The position numbers and the translations under genes are program-made. Positions 20,574 through 30,138 of a stretch of 64,000 nucleotides of DNA are shown here, in pieces (positions within the stretch are counted from its first letter, which is position 1; every line of letters starts with the position of its first letter). The notes beneath the pieces are model-generated. The model searched no databases, was not told the origin of the DNA, and was given only the letters and a program-made list of their open reading frames with translations. The DNA is taken from the NCBI GenBank assembly GCA_963669175.1, contig OY769902.1:992001-1056000 (forward strand), read 5' to 3'. Source of the DNA: a bacterium (GTDB taxonomy: Bacteria > Electryoneota > Electryoneia > Electryoneales > Electryoneaceae).

Positions 20574-21052
20574 CTAACCCGGATATTTCACGAACGAAAC
20601 ATGGATAATCATCTTAACACATTTCATATCAGCACAATACAACTGATTCATACAGCTTTTTTATGGGTACAGTTTGCTCCGGTATCCCTTTGCGTGCCTA
20701 TTCCCTGTTTCGCTGGCAAAATGAGGCTGAGTATCGGCAACCGCCCCGGCATGGGCAACCTGTATTAGCCCCGGGCAGCCGCCGTCAGTTTGGCGGCTAC
20801 CCGGGGAGATAATGCGCACCATATATTTACTCCGGAAGGAGTAACCTGATAATTATCAAAAGTATACAGTGGAAATATTCAGGCAACCCGCTGCCGGGGT
20901 TGGCAAGTAGCGTACATCCTATTCCCACCGTGAGCGCCAAACAGACGGCGCTGGACGGTGGGCTAATCCAGGGAACCACTGCCGTGGTTCTTGCACTGGC
21001 CATTCCATCAAATACCACATTTGAAATTGCATTGGTGAAATATTCGGGCTAA
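20574..21052. mobile_element. MITE-like element with ~17-bp terminal inverted repeats enclosing REP hairpins
   Basis: taacccggatatttcac ... gtgaaatattcgggcta (15/17 inverted match); internal hairpins at 20769-20806 and 20924-20963; no transposase. Confidence 0.7.
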
Positions 21053-21070
21053 CTTCTTGATATGATTAAA

Positions 21071-21107
21071 AATAAACCCCGCCGGACAAGCCGGACGGGG
21101 CCAATAG
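21071..21107. repeat. REP-like palindrome downstream of glyQS, with an inverted copy at 22835-22900
   Basis: aataaaccccgccggacaagccggacggggccaatag; its reverse complement recurs at 22835-22900, split by an insert. Confidence 0.85.
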
Positions 21108-21148
21108 ACAAATCGGGCGGGACCAAATAATGTCGTAAAAATCTGTTG

Positions 21149-22567
21149 TTACTGCATCAACTTCGCCGCAAGAATACCGGTCAATTCTTCGATCTTCGGC
21201 CGTTCCGGTTGATCAAGGGTGTCACGGTCACGAATGGTAACTGTCCGGTCTTCCAGTGTCTGATGATCCACCGTGATGCAGAACGGCGTTCCCGCTTCAT
21301 CCTGCCTGCGGTAGCGACGTCCGATATTGCCCTGCTCGTCGTAGAACACGTTGAAGTGCTTACGCAATTCCTCGTGAATCTCACGTGCGATTTCAGGCAT
21401 GCCATCTTTCTTGAACAGCGGGAAAACAGCCGCTGTATAGGGCGCCAGCTTCGGATCAAGTTTCATGACTACACGTGTGCTGCCATCAACCTCGTCCTCG
21501 TGGTACGCATCCAGCAGGATCGCCAGCAGGCCACGGTTCAGCCCGGCAGAGGTTTCAACGATATATGGGATAAAGCGTTCACGGGTCTGATCATCGAAAT
21601 AGGTCAGATCCTTTTCCTTGCCACTGAACTCGGCATGGCGTTTCAGGTCATAATCGGTACGGTTATGTACACCTTCAAACTCATCCCAGCCGAAGGGGAA
21701 ATTGTACTCGATGTCGTAAGCGGCCTTGGCGTAATGGGCCAGTTCGTTCTTGCCATGTTCGTGGAAACGGAGGTTCTCTTCACGAATGCCGCAGACATCC
21801 CGCCAGAATGCCATACGTTCTTTCTTCCAGTATTCCATGGCCTCATCATCCTGACCCGGCGCCAGGAAATACTGCATTTCCATCTGTTCGAACTCACGTG
21901 TCCGGAAGATGAAGTTACCGGGGGTGATCTCGTTACGGAAAGCCTTGCCTATCTGGGCGATTCCGAACGGCACCTTAAGGCGTGAGACTGTTTGCACTTG
22001 CGGGTAATCGACATAAATGCCCTGCGCGGTTTCAGGACGCAGGTAAACCGCATTGCCTGAGTCTTCCACCGGGCCGACATGGGTTTTGAACATCAGGTTA
22101 AAACTCCGTGGCGGTGTCAATGTGCCACGCTGGCCGCAGTTCGGGCAGGGAAGCTGGACATAGCTCGGATGGTTCGGATCGAGATCGCCATCTGCTGTGA
22201 GCGGTGGTTCATCAATTTTCTTGGCGGTTTTCGCGTGCTTGGCCAGGTCATCCGCCTTGAACCGTGACTTACAGTTCTTGCAATCGATCAACGGGTCCAC
22301 GAAACCGTCCACATGCCCACTGGCTTCCCAGGTGCGCGGATGATAGATAATCGCGGAGTCGATGCCCACAATATTGTCATGCTTACGGACCATCTCACGC
22401 CACCACAGGTCAGCGAGCTTACGCTTCATCTCGATACCAAGGGGACCGTAATCGTAAGAAGACCCGATGCCGCCGTAAATCTCGCTGGTCGGCATGACAA
22501 ACCCACGCCGTTTCGCCAACGATACGACCAGGTCCAGTACGCTTTTTTCCTTGTTCTGCTTGCCCAT
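21149..22567 (-). CDS. glyQS: Glycine--tRNA ligase (alpha2 dimeric type)
   Basis: SEIYGG..YDYGPLG, YLRPETAQGI, GKAFRNEITPGNFIFRTREFEQME and IGRRYRRQDEAGTPFCITVD. Confidence 0.98.
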   Translation of the reverse strand: MGKQNKEKSVLDLVVSLAKRRGFVMPTSEIYGGIGSSYDYGPLGIEMKRKLADLWWREMVRKHDNIVGIDSAIIYHPRTWEASGHVDGFVDPLIDCKNCKSRFKADDLAKHAKTAKKIDEPPLTADGDLDPNHPSYVQLPCPNCGQRGTLTPPRSFNLMFKTHVGPVEDSGNAVYLRPETAQGIYVDYPQVQTVSRLKVPFGIAQIGKAFRNEITPGNFIFRTREFEQMEMQYFLAPGQDDEAMEYWKKERMAFWRDVCGIREENLRFHEHGKNELAHYAKAAYDIEYNFPFGWDEFEGVHNRTDYDLKRHAEFSGKEKDLTYFDDQTRERFIPYIVETSAGLNRGLLAILLDAYHEDEVDGSTRVVMKLDPKLAPYTAAVFPLFKKDGMPEIAREIHEELRKHFNVFYDEQGNIGRRYRRQDEAGTPFCITVDHQTLEDRTVTIRDRDTLDQPERPKIEELTGILAAKLMQ

Positions 22568-22587
22568 CTTTTTATCCTCTTCTTAGG

Positions 22588-22815
22588 GAGTTACAAAGTT
22601 TGAAAGTTTGAAAGTTACAAAGTTATTGGATTTATAGACAGTGCCCGACTTGCTTGTAAGCGCCTGTTTATCTTCAAGCATTTCATTCGTTGCAACTCTG
22701 TCACTGTGGTCTTGCTGCACACCCGGCAAATCGGGCCAGGCTTTTATGGAGTTGTAAAGTTTGAAAGTTAGTATGAAGTTGAAAAGTTGTAAAGTTTGAA
22801 AGTTCTAAAGTTATT
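22588..22815. repeat. Two arrays of an 8-bp (aagttNNa) tandem repeat upstream of glyQS
   Basis: gagttaca aagtttga aagtttga aagttaca aagttatt (22588-22627) and a longer array at 22749-22815; reverse-orientation copies near 2922-2937, 3012-3050 and 23001-23022. Confidence 0.8.
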
Positions 22816-22950
22816 GCATAATAGTAGTGACGCACTATTGGCCCCGTCCGGCTTGAAACACGCCGTAGCTTGCGAAGGCGGTTGTCCGGCGGGGTTTATT
22901 CTAATTCCGATCGAAAGAATCAGTCCGCTTATTCCCTCGAGATCCCCGTT

Positions 22951-22980
22951 AGATCCCCGCCTTCTCGGGGAGGGGATGAC
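22951..22980. repeat. GTCATCCCC..GGCGGGGATCT-type REP palindrome
   Basis: Minus strand gtcatcccctccccgagaaggcggggatct. Confidence 0.55.
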
Positions 22981-23113
22981 ATCTGATGCGTGAATCTTTG
23001 AGCTTTCCAACTTTCCAACTTCACAAAGAATATCCGCGGAATATAGGGGAGACCGGTCTTGGCAACAAGCTCAAATCTCTGCTATATCGCGAATGAAAGC
23101 GAGACCGGGATGT

Positions 23114-23830
23114 TCAGCCGACAGAGACACCGGTTGGCGACAGAAAGACCTCTGTCAGCAGATCCTGTATCTTTTGCCAAAGGGCAATGTCTCCCTGCAC
23201 AATAGCCTGGTTAATTTCAATCTCGTAACCAAGGTAGACCGAAGCGGGGTATTGCAGGCGGAGTTTCTGCACAAATCCGTCCTGAATACCGGTGTAAGGG
23301 TAATTCATGCGTATGCGAAGCTCAGGCATCCGTTGATTGATATGCTCTTTCCAGTCTACCGCCAGTTTACGTTCGTCGTTTCGCTTGGGATCATAAAGCA
23401 GCCCAAGGTCGCTGTTCCGCACTTCACCGTTCAAGACTGGCGTGAACGAATGAATAGACAAGTGCAGCACACGTTCATGCTGTTGTAATACATCCTCCAA
23501 GGCAATTTCCACAAGCCTGCGATACGGATGGTAAAAGTGATCCAGGATGTACTGTTTTTCCTGCGCAGCGAGATCACGGGTGATCTCGGAAAACAGGTTA
23601 CGGTGTCCGAGTGAACGGTTCGTGTCCACCAACAGGCGTGTTGCCTTGGCAGCCAAAACCGGCGCTTGGGCAATTTTTCCGATATGCAGGGCAAGGTCGA
23701 GAGCGCCGGGATCCCAGCCACGATGGCTGGAAAGCAGGGTGTTACACCCTTTGAACAACGGTCTATAGGCTTCAGGCACTTCTGCTGTCGCATGTTCGCA
23801 GCTTATTACCACACCGAATGTGTCAGGCAT
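23114..23830 (-). CDS. N-formylglutamate amidohydrolase family protein
   Basis: ISCEHA, SHRGWDPGA, TRLLVDTNRS, YHPYR, LSIHSFTP and EIEINQ. Confidence 0.92.
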   Translation of the reverse strand: MPDTFGVVISCEHATAEVPEAYRPLFKGCNTLLSSHRGWDPGALDLALHIGKIAQAPVLAAKATRLLVDTNRSLGHRNLFSEITRDLAAQEKQYILDHFYHPYRRLVEIALEDVLQQHERVLHLSIHSFTPVLNGEVRNSDLGLLYDPKRNDERKLAVDWKEHINQRMPELRIRMNYPYTGIQDGFVQKLRLQYPASVYLGYEIEINQAIVQGDIALWQKIQDLLTEVFLSPTGVSVG

Positions 23831-25070
23831 GGAACATCCTGCCTTCCGCCAGGCAGGTTTGCAGCCTGGAATACGTTTCTTTCAATGCCGCCCGTGATGG
23901 CTCCGGGCCGGTCGCCTTTAAAATGCGTGAGGCCAGCGGACCTTCTTTCAGAATGGTCTTCAACACACTTCCCCAGCCCTCCCCGGCCAGATCCTCGGGC
24001 AACAACAGCTCTTTCAGGAGATAGTCCCAGATTTCTCCCGCAGACATGGATTTCTCCTGTCGAATACCCAATACCCGCATCAGGTCAGGGCTTGATATCA
24101 CGCTATTGCCGCCATGTGTCAGGGTAGCAACAAACAGGGAAGCCAGCATTTCCGTATGCAACGAATGAAGCTCTTCAAGACTGCCCCAGCGTAATTCAGT
24201 CAACGCTTTTACAACAGCGACGATCATTGCCACAATAGCCATATCCGCTCGTGGGCATTCCTGAATATCTACAATTCGGATTTCGATGGCGCCACGATCA
24301 AACCGTGTGATCGCTCCCCGACTGTTCAGCCATTCATGCTGTAAAATTCCGTCCGGGTCATGGCTGGATATGTCACGGTACAACCGTTGCAGGATGTTTT
24401 CACGATATTCCGCCATCGAATGAACCACTTCCGGGATCACCAATCCGGTCAGGGAAGGAATCCGGCGTTGATTCAAACGATAATACTCCAGCCGTGTGTC
24501 CAGCAGACCGGAAGCCTTGCCATCAGCGAAGGGTGACGCGGCCGAAATCGCCGGTATCAGGGCCAGCACCACACGTATGGCGGCATGGAGTCGAATAAAC
24601 TCCTCGTCATTGGCAAAGGGCAGGTTGATATGAGTGGACTGAAGGTTGGACCAGCCATGTCCACGGCAACTGAAAATGCGGTCATAGCTGTGATAGACCT
24701 CGGTCTGCTCGTGCGGCCACAAGCGGGTTTCAGTCAGGGGGTCCATCCAGGGGTGCATGGCGGAAGGGAGCAGCGCGCCACCAAGACTTTCCAGCAGGTT
24801 GTTTGCCTTGTTGACATGATTCTGAAAATGCTGCGACAGACCCACAAGCGAGGGAGCCGGACCATTGGTTTTCATCTCCAGTACATGCATGACCAGCTCG
24901 TTGGACCAGGCCAGTTCCCCCAGTTCCACTTCGCTGACCTGCTCGCCAGCAGCTTCCGCCAGCACTTTATCGGCAACAGGGAATACATTCAGGGTGTCGT
25001 CCCGGACGATCATGTATTCCAGTTCAACACCATATCCTTTAAACAGGCCCAGGGGATAACTTTCACTCAT
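23823..25070 (-). CDS. Glutamate--cysteine ligase family 2 (GCS2, COOH-NH2 ligase)
   Basis: GVELEYMIV, ELVMHVLEMKT, LLPSAMHPW, QSTHINLP, AASPF and IEIRIVD. Confidence 0.92.
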   Translation of the reverse strand: MSESYPLGLFKGYGVELEYMIVRDDTLNVFPVADKVLAEAAGEQVSEVELGELAWSNELVMHVLEMKTNGPAPSLVGLSQHFQNHVNKANNLLESLGGALLPSAMHPWMDPLTETRLWPHEQTEVYHSYDRIFSCRGHGWSNLQSTHINLPFANDEEFIRLHAAIRVVLALIPAISAASPFADGKASGLLDTRLEYYRLNQRRIPSLTGLVIPEVVHSMAEYRENILQRLYRDISSHDPDGILQHEWLNSRGAITRFDRGAIEIRIVDIQECPRADMAIVAMIVAVVKALTELRWGSLEELHSLHTEMLASLFVATLTHGGNSVISSPDLMRVLGIRQEKSMSAGEIWDYLLKELLLPEDLAGEGWGSVLKTILKEGPLASRILKATGPEPSRAALKETYSRLQTCLAEGRMFHA

Positions 25071-26542
25071 CAGTAGTTCCTCGCTTCTTTACGTTTTTCC
25101 ATGCGGCGCAGGAAAACGCGCATCACCTTGCGATAAACCTCATCTTTGTAATAACGGTCTTCAATCTTGTGTTCCAGGCTTGGATTGTCATTCACTTCAA
25201 TGACATACCACTGGTTTCCGATCTGTTTCAGGTCCACGCCATACAGGCCATCCCCGATCAGGTTTGCCGCTTTTAACGCAAGCTTCAGCCCTTTTGACGG
25301 AACATCTTCCACAGCAAGACACTCGAACAGTCCGTAATCCGTATCCCCTGTCCGTTTGTCGTAATGGGCAATCTGCCAGTGACGCGCTGCCATAAAATAT
25401 TTGGCCACGTAGAAGGGCTTCCGGTCCAGCACGCCAATCCGCCAGTCAAACGCAGTCGGTAAAAACTCCTGGGCGATAAGCAGGTCGGAGGCATCAAACA
25501 ACTTTGCCGCGATGCTTCTGCTTTCGGCTTCGTTGTCTGCCTTTTCCACCCCGAGCGAAGAGGAGCTGTCCGGTTGCTTCAGGATGCAGGGAAAGCCAAT
25601 GTCCTCCATGACATTGTCCAGGTTATCCTTGAACAGAATGCGTGTTTTCGGCGTCGGGATACCATTTTTAGTCAGCAGGTCAGCGAGGTAAACCTTATTG
25701 GTGCAGCGCAGGATCGAGGTGGGATCATCGATCACAACCAGTCCTTCAGCCTCAGCACGGCGGGCAAAACGGTAGGTGTAATGGTTCACGGCTGTTGTTG
25801 CACGGATAAACAACCCGTCAAATTCAGCCAGCCGCCCGTAATCCTGTTTCCCGATTATTTCAACCGCAATACCGAGGTCGCTCCCGGCACGGATGAATTT
25901 GTCTATCGCTTTCTGGTCGGAGGGACAGGTGATCACCGAGGGATCCCAAAGGATCGCCAGGTCAAAGCGTGTCTGAACCGTCGTGCGTGGACGATGATAG
26001 GAATGGCTGAAGAATTCTGTCGCTGCCGAAACTACAAACTCACGGTGTGGCTCCGGTATGCCACTCATCGGGATTGCGGTTATATTCTGTAATTCCCATT
26101 TCTGGTGACGGACAAAGGTAGCGCGAAGCAAGGGGGCCGGGAACAGCTTGAACAGGGCATTGCTCAACTTGTCATGTTTTTTGGCCAGGTTCTTTCCGAA
26201 ATAAATGCTCAGGTCAAACGTGTCCGATTGCAGCGAAGCGAGGCTCTTCTGCATCAGGGAATCCACTTCCTCAGAAGCCATCCGTGTCAGGGAAGGTGTC
26301 CGCAGATCCTGCATGGTCATAACCGTGGGAAACGGTTTATGCCCACGTGCTTCCGCCAGCAGAGAGACATAATACCCGAGCGACTGGTATTTGTACTGAC
26401 GGCAGAGGTTGAACACCTTGGCCCGTTTCAACTTGCTGAATTCGGCGTCCATCAGGTACGACTGAGCTGTCACCACACGCACGCCCGGTAGCGAATGCGG
26501 CCAATCCTTCTCTCGGGTAATAACGACCAGGGTTTCCATCAT
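25070..26542 (-). CDS. RimK-like ATP-grasp peptide ligase with N-terminal RLAN-type domain
   Basis: VFNLCRQYKYQSLGYYVSLLAEARGH (RLAN-type); ATP-grasp motifs LKQPDSSSSLGV, QEFLPT, DWRIGVL, GVDLK and IEVNDNP. Confidence 0.92.
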   Translation of the reverse strand: MMETLVVITREKDWPHSLPGVRVVTAQSYLMDAEFSKLKRAKVFNLCRQYKYQSLGYYVSLLAEARGHKPFPTVMTMQDLRTPSLTRMASEEVDSLMQKSLASLQSDTFDLSIYFGKNLAKKHDKLSNALFKLFPAPLLRATFVRHQKWELQNITAIPMSGIPEPHREFVVSAATEFFSHSYHRPRTTVQTRFDLAILWDPSVITCPSDQKAIDKFIRAGSDLGIAVEIIGKQDYGRLAEFDGLFIRATTAVNHYTYRFARRAEAEGLVVIDDPTSILRCTNKVYLADLLTKNGIPTPKTRILFKDNLDNVMEDIGFPCILKQPDSSSSLGVEKADNEAESRSIAAKLFDASDLLIAQEFLPTAFDWRIGVLDRKPFYVAKYFMAARHWQIAHYDKRTGDTDYGLFECLAVEDVPSKGLKLALKAANLIGDGLYGVDLKQIGNQWYVIEVNDNPSLEHKIEDRYYKDEVYRKVMRVFLRRMEKRKEARNY

Positions 26543-26550
26543 CCATCCTC

Positions 26551-27255
26551 TCAGGAGTTTGGCTCGATTACGAGCAAGTTGCCATCATAGGTCAGCACCC
26601 CCAGGAAAATGGCTCCGATCAGACGTTCAACCGCGACAGTGAATTTTCCGCCATTCTCGCCATCTGTTTGAAACAACGGATCAGCCACATGAATCTTCTT
26701 GGTATGGTCATCAAAACCAGCCAGTACGACAAAATGGCCCGCCGGTGTGCCGTGAATATCATCGTAATCATCATCCCAGGGCCGTTCGCGCATGGTACGG
26801 TGCAGGTAAGTGGCGCTGAGGCCCACCAGCAGAGGAATGCCACGCTCGAGGTGAGTTTCGATCAGGTGACGGTCCAGGTCTTCAAACCGGATCTTTCCGC
26901 CCATCTCCAGATAGGTGATATAGGCGCGAGTGGCGGTAAGCAGTGTGGGGTCACTTTTTGCTTTCGCCTGAACGGATAAGCGTTCAACCAGGTCATAACT
27001 GTCCGCATTAAACCAGGTCGGATCAAACAGACGAAGGTTGTAGGTAAACAGAGTGGCTTTATACCCACGTTTCAGGGCATGCTGGCCAAGGTTGACCGCA
27101 AGAGTGCCACCATTGGGCAGCATGGGCACCTCACGGATTACCTGACGCAGGGAAATGGAGTCTCCCCAGTACCGGTAAACAGCATGGAGACTGGCTGGAC
27201 CACAGGTAACATCATCCGGCTGTCGACGGATGTCGAGCTTCAGCTTCTTATGCAT
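26551..27255 (-). CDS. Papain-like C39-family peptidase
   Basis: QPDDVTCGPASL (Gln/Cys), GHFVVL (His) and VADP (Asp). Confidence 0.85.
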   Translation of the reverse strand: MHKKLKLDIRRQPDDVTCGPASLHAVYRYWGDSISLRQVIREVPMLPNGGTLAVNLGQHALKRGYKATLFTYNLRLFDPTWFNADSYDLVERLSVQAKAKSDPTLLTATRAYITYLEMGGKIRFEDLDRHLIETHLERGIPLLVGLSATYLHRTMRERPWDDDYDDIHGTPAGHFVVLAGFDDHTKKIHVADPLFQTDGENGGKFTVAVERLIGAIFLGVLTYDGNLLVIEPNS

Positions 27256-27427
27256 TGCATTACCCCAACCCCGGTCCCTTTAAGACCGGTAAAAACAGAA
27301 CCTGCCTGATCCGCTCCTGACAAGGGATTCGGGCATCAGGGGTGAAAGGTCAAATATACGAACTTTTCAGGATTGCAAGAGGGGGTAAAGAAGAAATTCC
27401 GGAGTAAGACATGTGCTTAATCCAGCG

Positions 27428-27492
27428 CTACAACTTCTGCTGCCGCATGGTCAGGAAAGCGAACAGCACCTGATCCAACGGTGTCTCAGTAG
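27428..27492 (-). repeat. Displaced duplicate of the last 65 bp of the DUF58 gene
   Basis: Matches 30139-30203 with 3 substitutions in the coding part and TAG versus TGA as stop. Confidence 0.95.
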
Positions 27493-27546
27493 GTGCGTGG
27501 CCCTACGATCTGCCGAAGGGTATCAGCGCTTCTCAATGGGCAAGAC

Positions 27547-27922
27547 CGTGTGGCCCGGCGTGCTTGCACCCGGGCGGTTGTGAAGCGGGCACAAACGAGT
27601 GGCTTTCCGATGTGGTGGCCCGGGGTAAACAGTCAAACATGAATCCCAACTCCTTCAGAGTTGGAATTTCTTTCATTCTGAACCCGGGGATGGCATCAAA
27701 CTGACGATGCCAATCCTGGGCTCACTTATCTAACTCCTTCGGAGCAAAAACTCAAACGGTCCATAGCTACTCCTGAAAATAAACCGTCATGATAGTATCC
27801 GACGAACGATTCATAGGTGACAAAGAAGAAGCCTATGGAAAAAGGGTACAGTTTCCTTTTCCATGAATGCCTCAAGAGTTTTCTGTATGAGCACGAGGAA
27901 AAGAATCCCGTCCCCTTTTCCC
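27547..27922. repeat. Cluster of REP-like palindromes
   Basis: cgtgtggcccgg..ccgggc; cccggggatggcatcaaactgacgatgccaatcctggg (27683-27720); ggaaaaagggtacagtttccttttcc and ggaaaagaatcccgtccccttttcc (27837-27922). Confidence 0.7.
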
Positions 27923-28123
27923 GGCAATCTCTATTGTGACGGAACAAAATCGAGAACAGTCATAGCACGTAAAATTCCCATCTTCGTGGCAATGTTGGCC
28001 AACCCGCCGAAAAGAGTTGCTTTTCCGAAAAAACCTTTGATAGTTTGTCTTATTGATAGAAGAACCGGTGCATGTTTGTTTCATAGCGAACTTTCTATAA
28101 CACGTAGTCTTGCAGGCCAAACG

Positions 28124-29914
28124 ATGAAACGTCACACTCGCTCCACTCCTTTTCTCCATGTTCTGCCACCATTGATCGCTCTGCTTGTATGTGTCGTTCT
28201 GCCTTTCCCCCTCCTTGCCGAGTGGCAGCCTTCCGGTACGCAGGTAACTCCCAATGGTGGAGCAGTATTAAGCTATTTTTCGTTGGTTTCCGACAGTTGT
28301 GGCGGCTGTTACCTGGGATATATCGCTTATGATGATCCAGATATCCCTGGTTATCAAGGCGGTCGTATACAGCGCATTGATCGTAATGGCGACATGGTCT
28401 GGCCGGAAGGCGGTGTCTACATCTGTGATCCGGACTCGATATATGGCTTTTCCACGGGAAAATGCGTACCGGCTCCAGGCGGTGGACTTTACGTGGTCTT
28501 TACAGGGCAGCGTACGGCAGAGACATATGATGCCATTTTTGTTCAGCGGCTTTCCCCTGAAGGTGAACGGCTGTTCGGTGCTCGGGGAGTGCAACTGACA
28601 TTAAGTGATACTACGGAATACAATGATATAAGAGATCAATGGGTTAATGCAACTGTGCCGGACGGTGTCGGTGGAATTATTGTTGGGCATCAATATGGGA
28701 TTGGGGATATTGGTGAGGAAGTAATATGGGTGAGTGCACACCGTGTGTCTGATACAGGCGAGGTTCTATGGAGCAACAATCAGGTAAGTCCTGAAAACAT
28801 CTCTGGAATTGAAATCTGTCGTGCCGCTACCTCTACACTTGGCGGCGCAGCATTCTTCACCGAAGTCCAAGACAGCCTGGTCGCAAGGTATGTGAATCTG
28901 GATGGCGAGGTATTCTGGCAGGACAACCCGGTGATTGTTCGCAATGAAGCCTATGATAGCGAGCATGGTTTCTCTTACGCCTGCAGGTCATATGATATCA
29001 CCCCACTGCCTGACGGGGAATTCGGGATCGCCAATGGATCCTATGATGGTGTGCTCCAGTACTATCACCTGGGGGCAGACGGCCTGGTACAGAACGGACA
29101 GCACGGAACCCTGCTTTTACATGATAGTTTTCATGCGGATCCCAATTTTGATGTGGCGTGCGCCAGTGGTAATGCGGCCATCGCGGCGGATGATGAATTT
29201 GTTTACCTGGTCTTAATTACAAAATCTCGTAACAACCCTGATACCTTCAACACCTTGCTGAAGTGCAGCTTTGATGGCGACCTTATCACACCCGAGCCTT
29301 GGAACGTCGGGCAAGTAAACTATTCTTCTTCGACACAATTATTCATCGAACCGAAGTATCAATTGATAACAAAAAAACATGATGTCCCGTATTTCTCTTA
29401 TGCTCAACTTGTTTCACGCGGCGGAGAGTTGCCCTGGGGGATGGACGGCGTGCCGGTCGGGTATCCACAACTCTATTGGGCCGACCGTCAACAGACCTGC
29501 AAGACCGCCCAGGACACCTTCGTAACAGCCTGGTACTGCTGGCCGGGCGCTAATGGCGAGGGATATCAAGCCTTTTTCGTCTCCCAGATCGCGATAGCGG
29601 AAGAAGATTACCCGGTAGCGGAAGAGAACCAATCACCCATCCCGTCCTCCTTCCGTATCCTTGGCGCCTACCCCGACCCCTTCAATTCTGTTGTCACCAT
29701 CGACTACCGGGTGAAAGAAACCGGCCGATATGTTTTTGCCGTATTCAATGTCCTGGGAGAAACTGTATTCCAGGACACAATACAATGCAACTCTGCCGGA
29801 ATCGCCTCCTGGCGCTGGTCTGCGGATGAGGTGGCGTCTGGAGTGTACCTGGTTCAACTGCAACAGCTTGAGACAAAACAGATTGACACAAAACGTGTGA
29901 CATTGCTTCGATAA
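28124..29914 (+). CDS. Secreted beta-propeller-like protein with T9SS C-terminal domain
   Basis: Signal peptide MKRHTRSTPFLHVLPPLIALLVCVVLPFPLLA; repeated DGxGG / QR(I/L)xxxG..W..GV blades; AYPDPFN..FNVLGE..ASGVYLVQL..RVTLLR. Confidence 0.88.
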   Translation: MKRHTRSTPFLHVLPPLIALLVCVVLPFPLLAEWQPSGTQVTPNGGAVLSYFSLVSDSCGGCYLGYIAYDDPDIPGYQGGRIQRIDRNGDMVWPEGGVYICDPDSIYGFSTGKCVPAPGGGLYVVFTGQRTAETYDAIFVQRLSPEGERLFGARGVQLTLSDTTEYNDIRDQWVNATVPDGVGGIIVGHQYGIGDIGEEVIWVSAHRVSDTGEVLWSNNQVSPENISGIEICRAATSTLGGAAFFTEVQDSLVARYVNLDGEVFWQDNPVIVRNEAYDSEHGFSYACRSYDITPLPDGEFGIANGSYDGVLQYYHLGADGLVQNGQHGTLLLHDSFHADPNFDVACASGNAAIAADDEFVYLVLITKSRNNPDTFNTLLKCSFDGDLITPEPWNVGQVNYSSSTQLFIEPKYQLITKKHDVPYFSYAQLVSRGGELPWGMDGVPVGYPQLYWADRQQTCKTAQDTFVTAWYCWPGANGEGYQAFFVSQIAIAEEDYPVAEENQSPIPSSFRILGAYPDPFNSVVTIDYRVKETGRYVFAVFNVLGETVFQDTIQCNSAGIASWRWSADEVASGVYLVQLQQLETKQIDTKRVTLLR

Positions 29915-30138
29915 AAATCGCTACAGAAAAAGGGGCGTGTGGCCCGATCCGCAAGTGACCAATTCTCGATAAAAACTGAACCCGGAAAACTCTGGAGAAA
30001 TCACAAAACAGGACGAATCAACTTTGTCCCGATGCGCTCATAAGTATTGATAGAATATGAGGTGTTGTGAGAGTATTCTTGCTGCATTTAAAGCGGAAGC
30101 TGCATCACCAGCGGATCGGGCCAAACGTGGCAGCAATA

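Noticed and set aside
21146-21985. Long antisense ORFs (also 697-1290, 38738-39604, 48674-49747, 53196-54035)
   Set aside because: They shadow well-supported genes on the opposite strand and show no recognisable motifs.
22568-23113. T-box riboswitch upstream of glyQS
   Set aside because: No T-box consensus or specifier stem was recognised; the region is explained by repeats.
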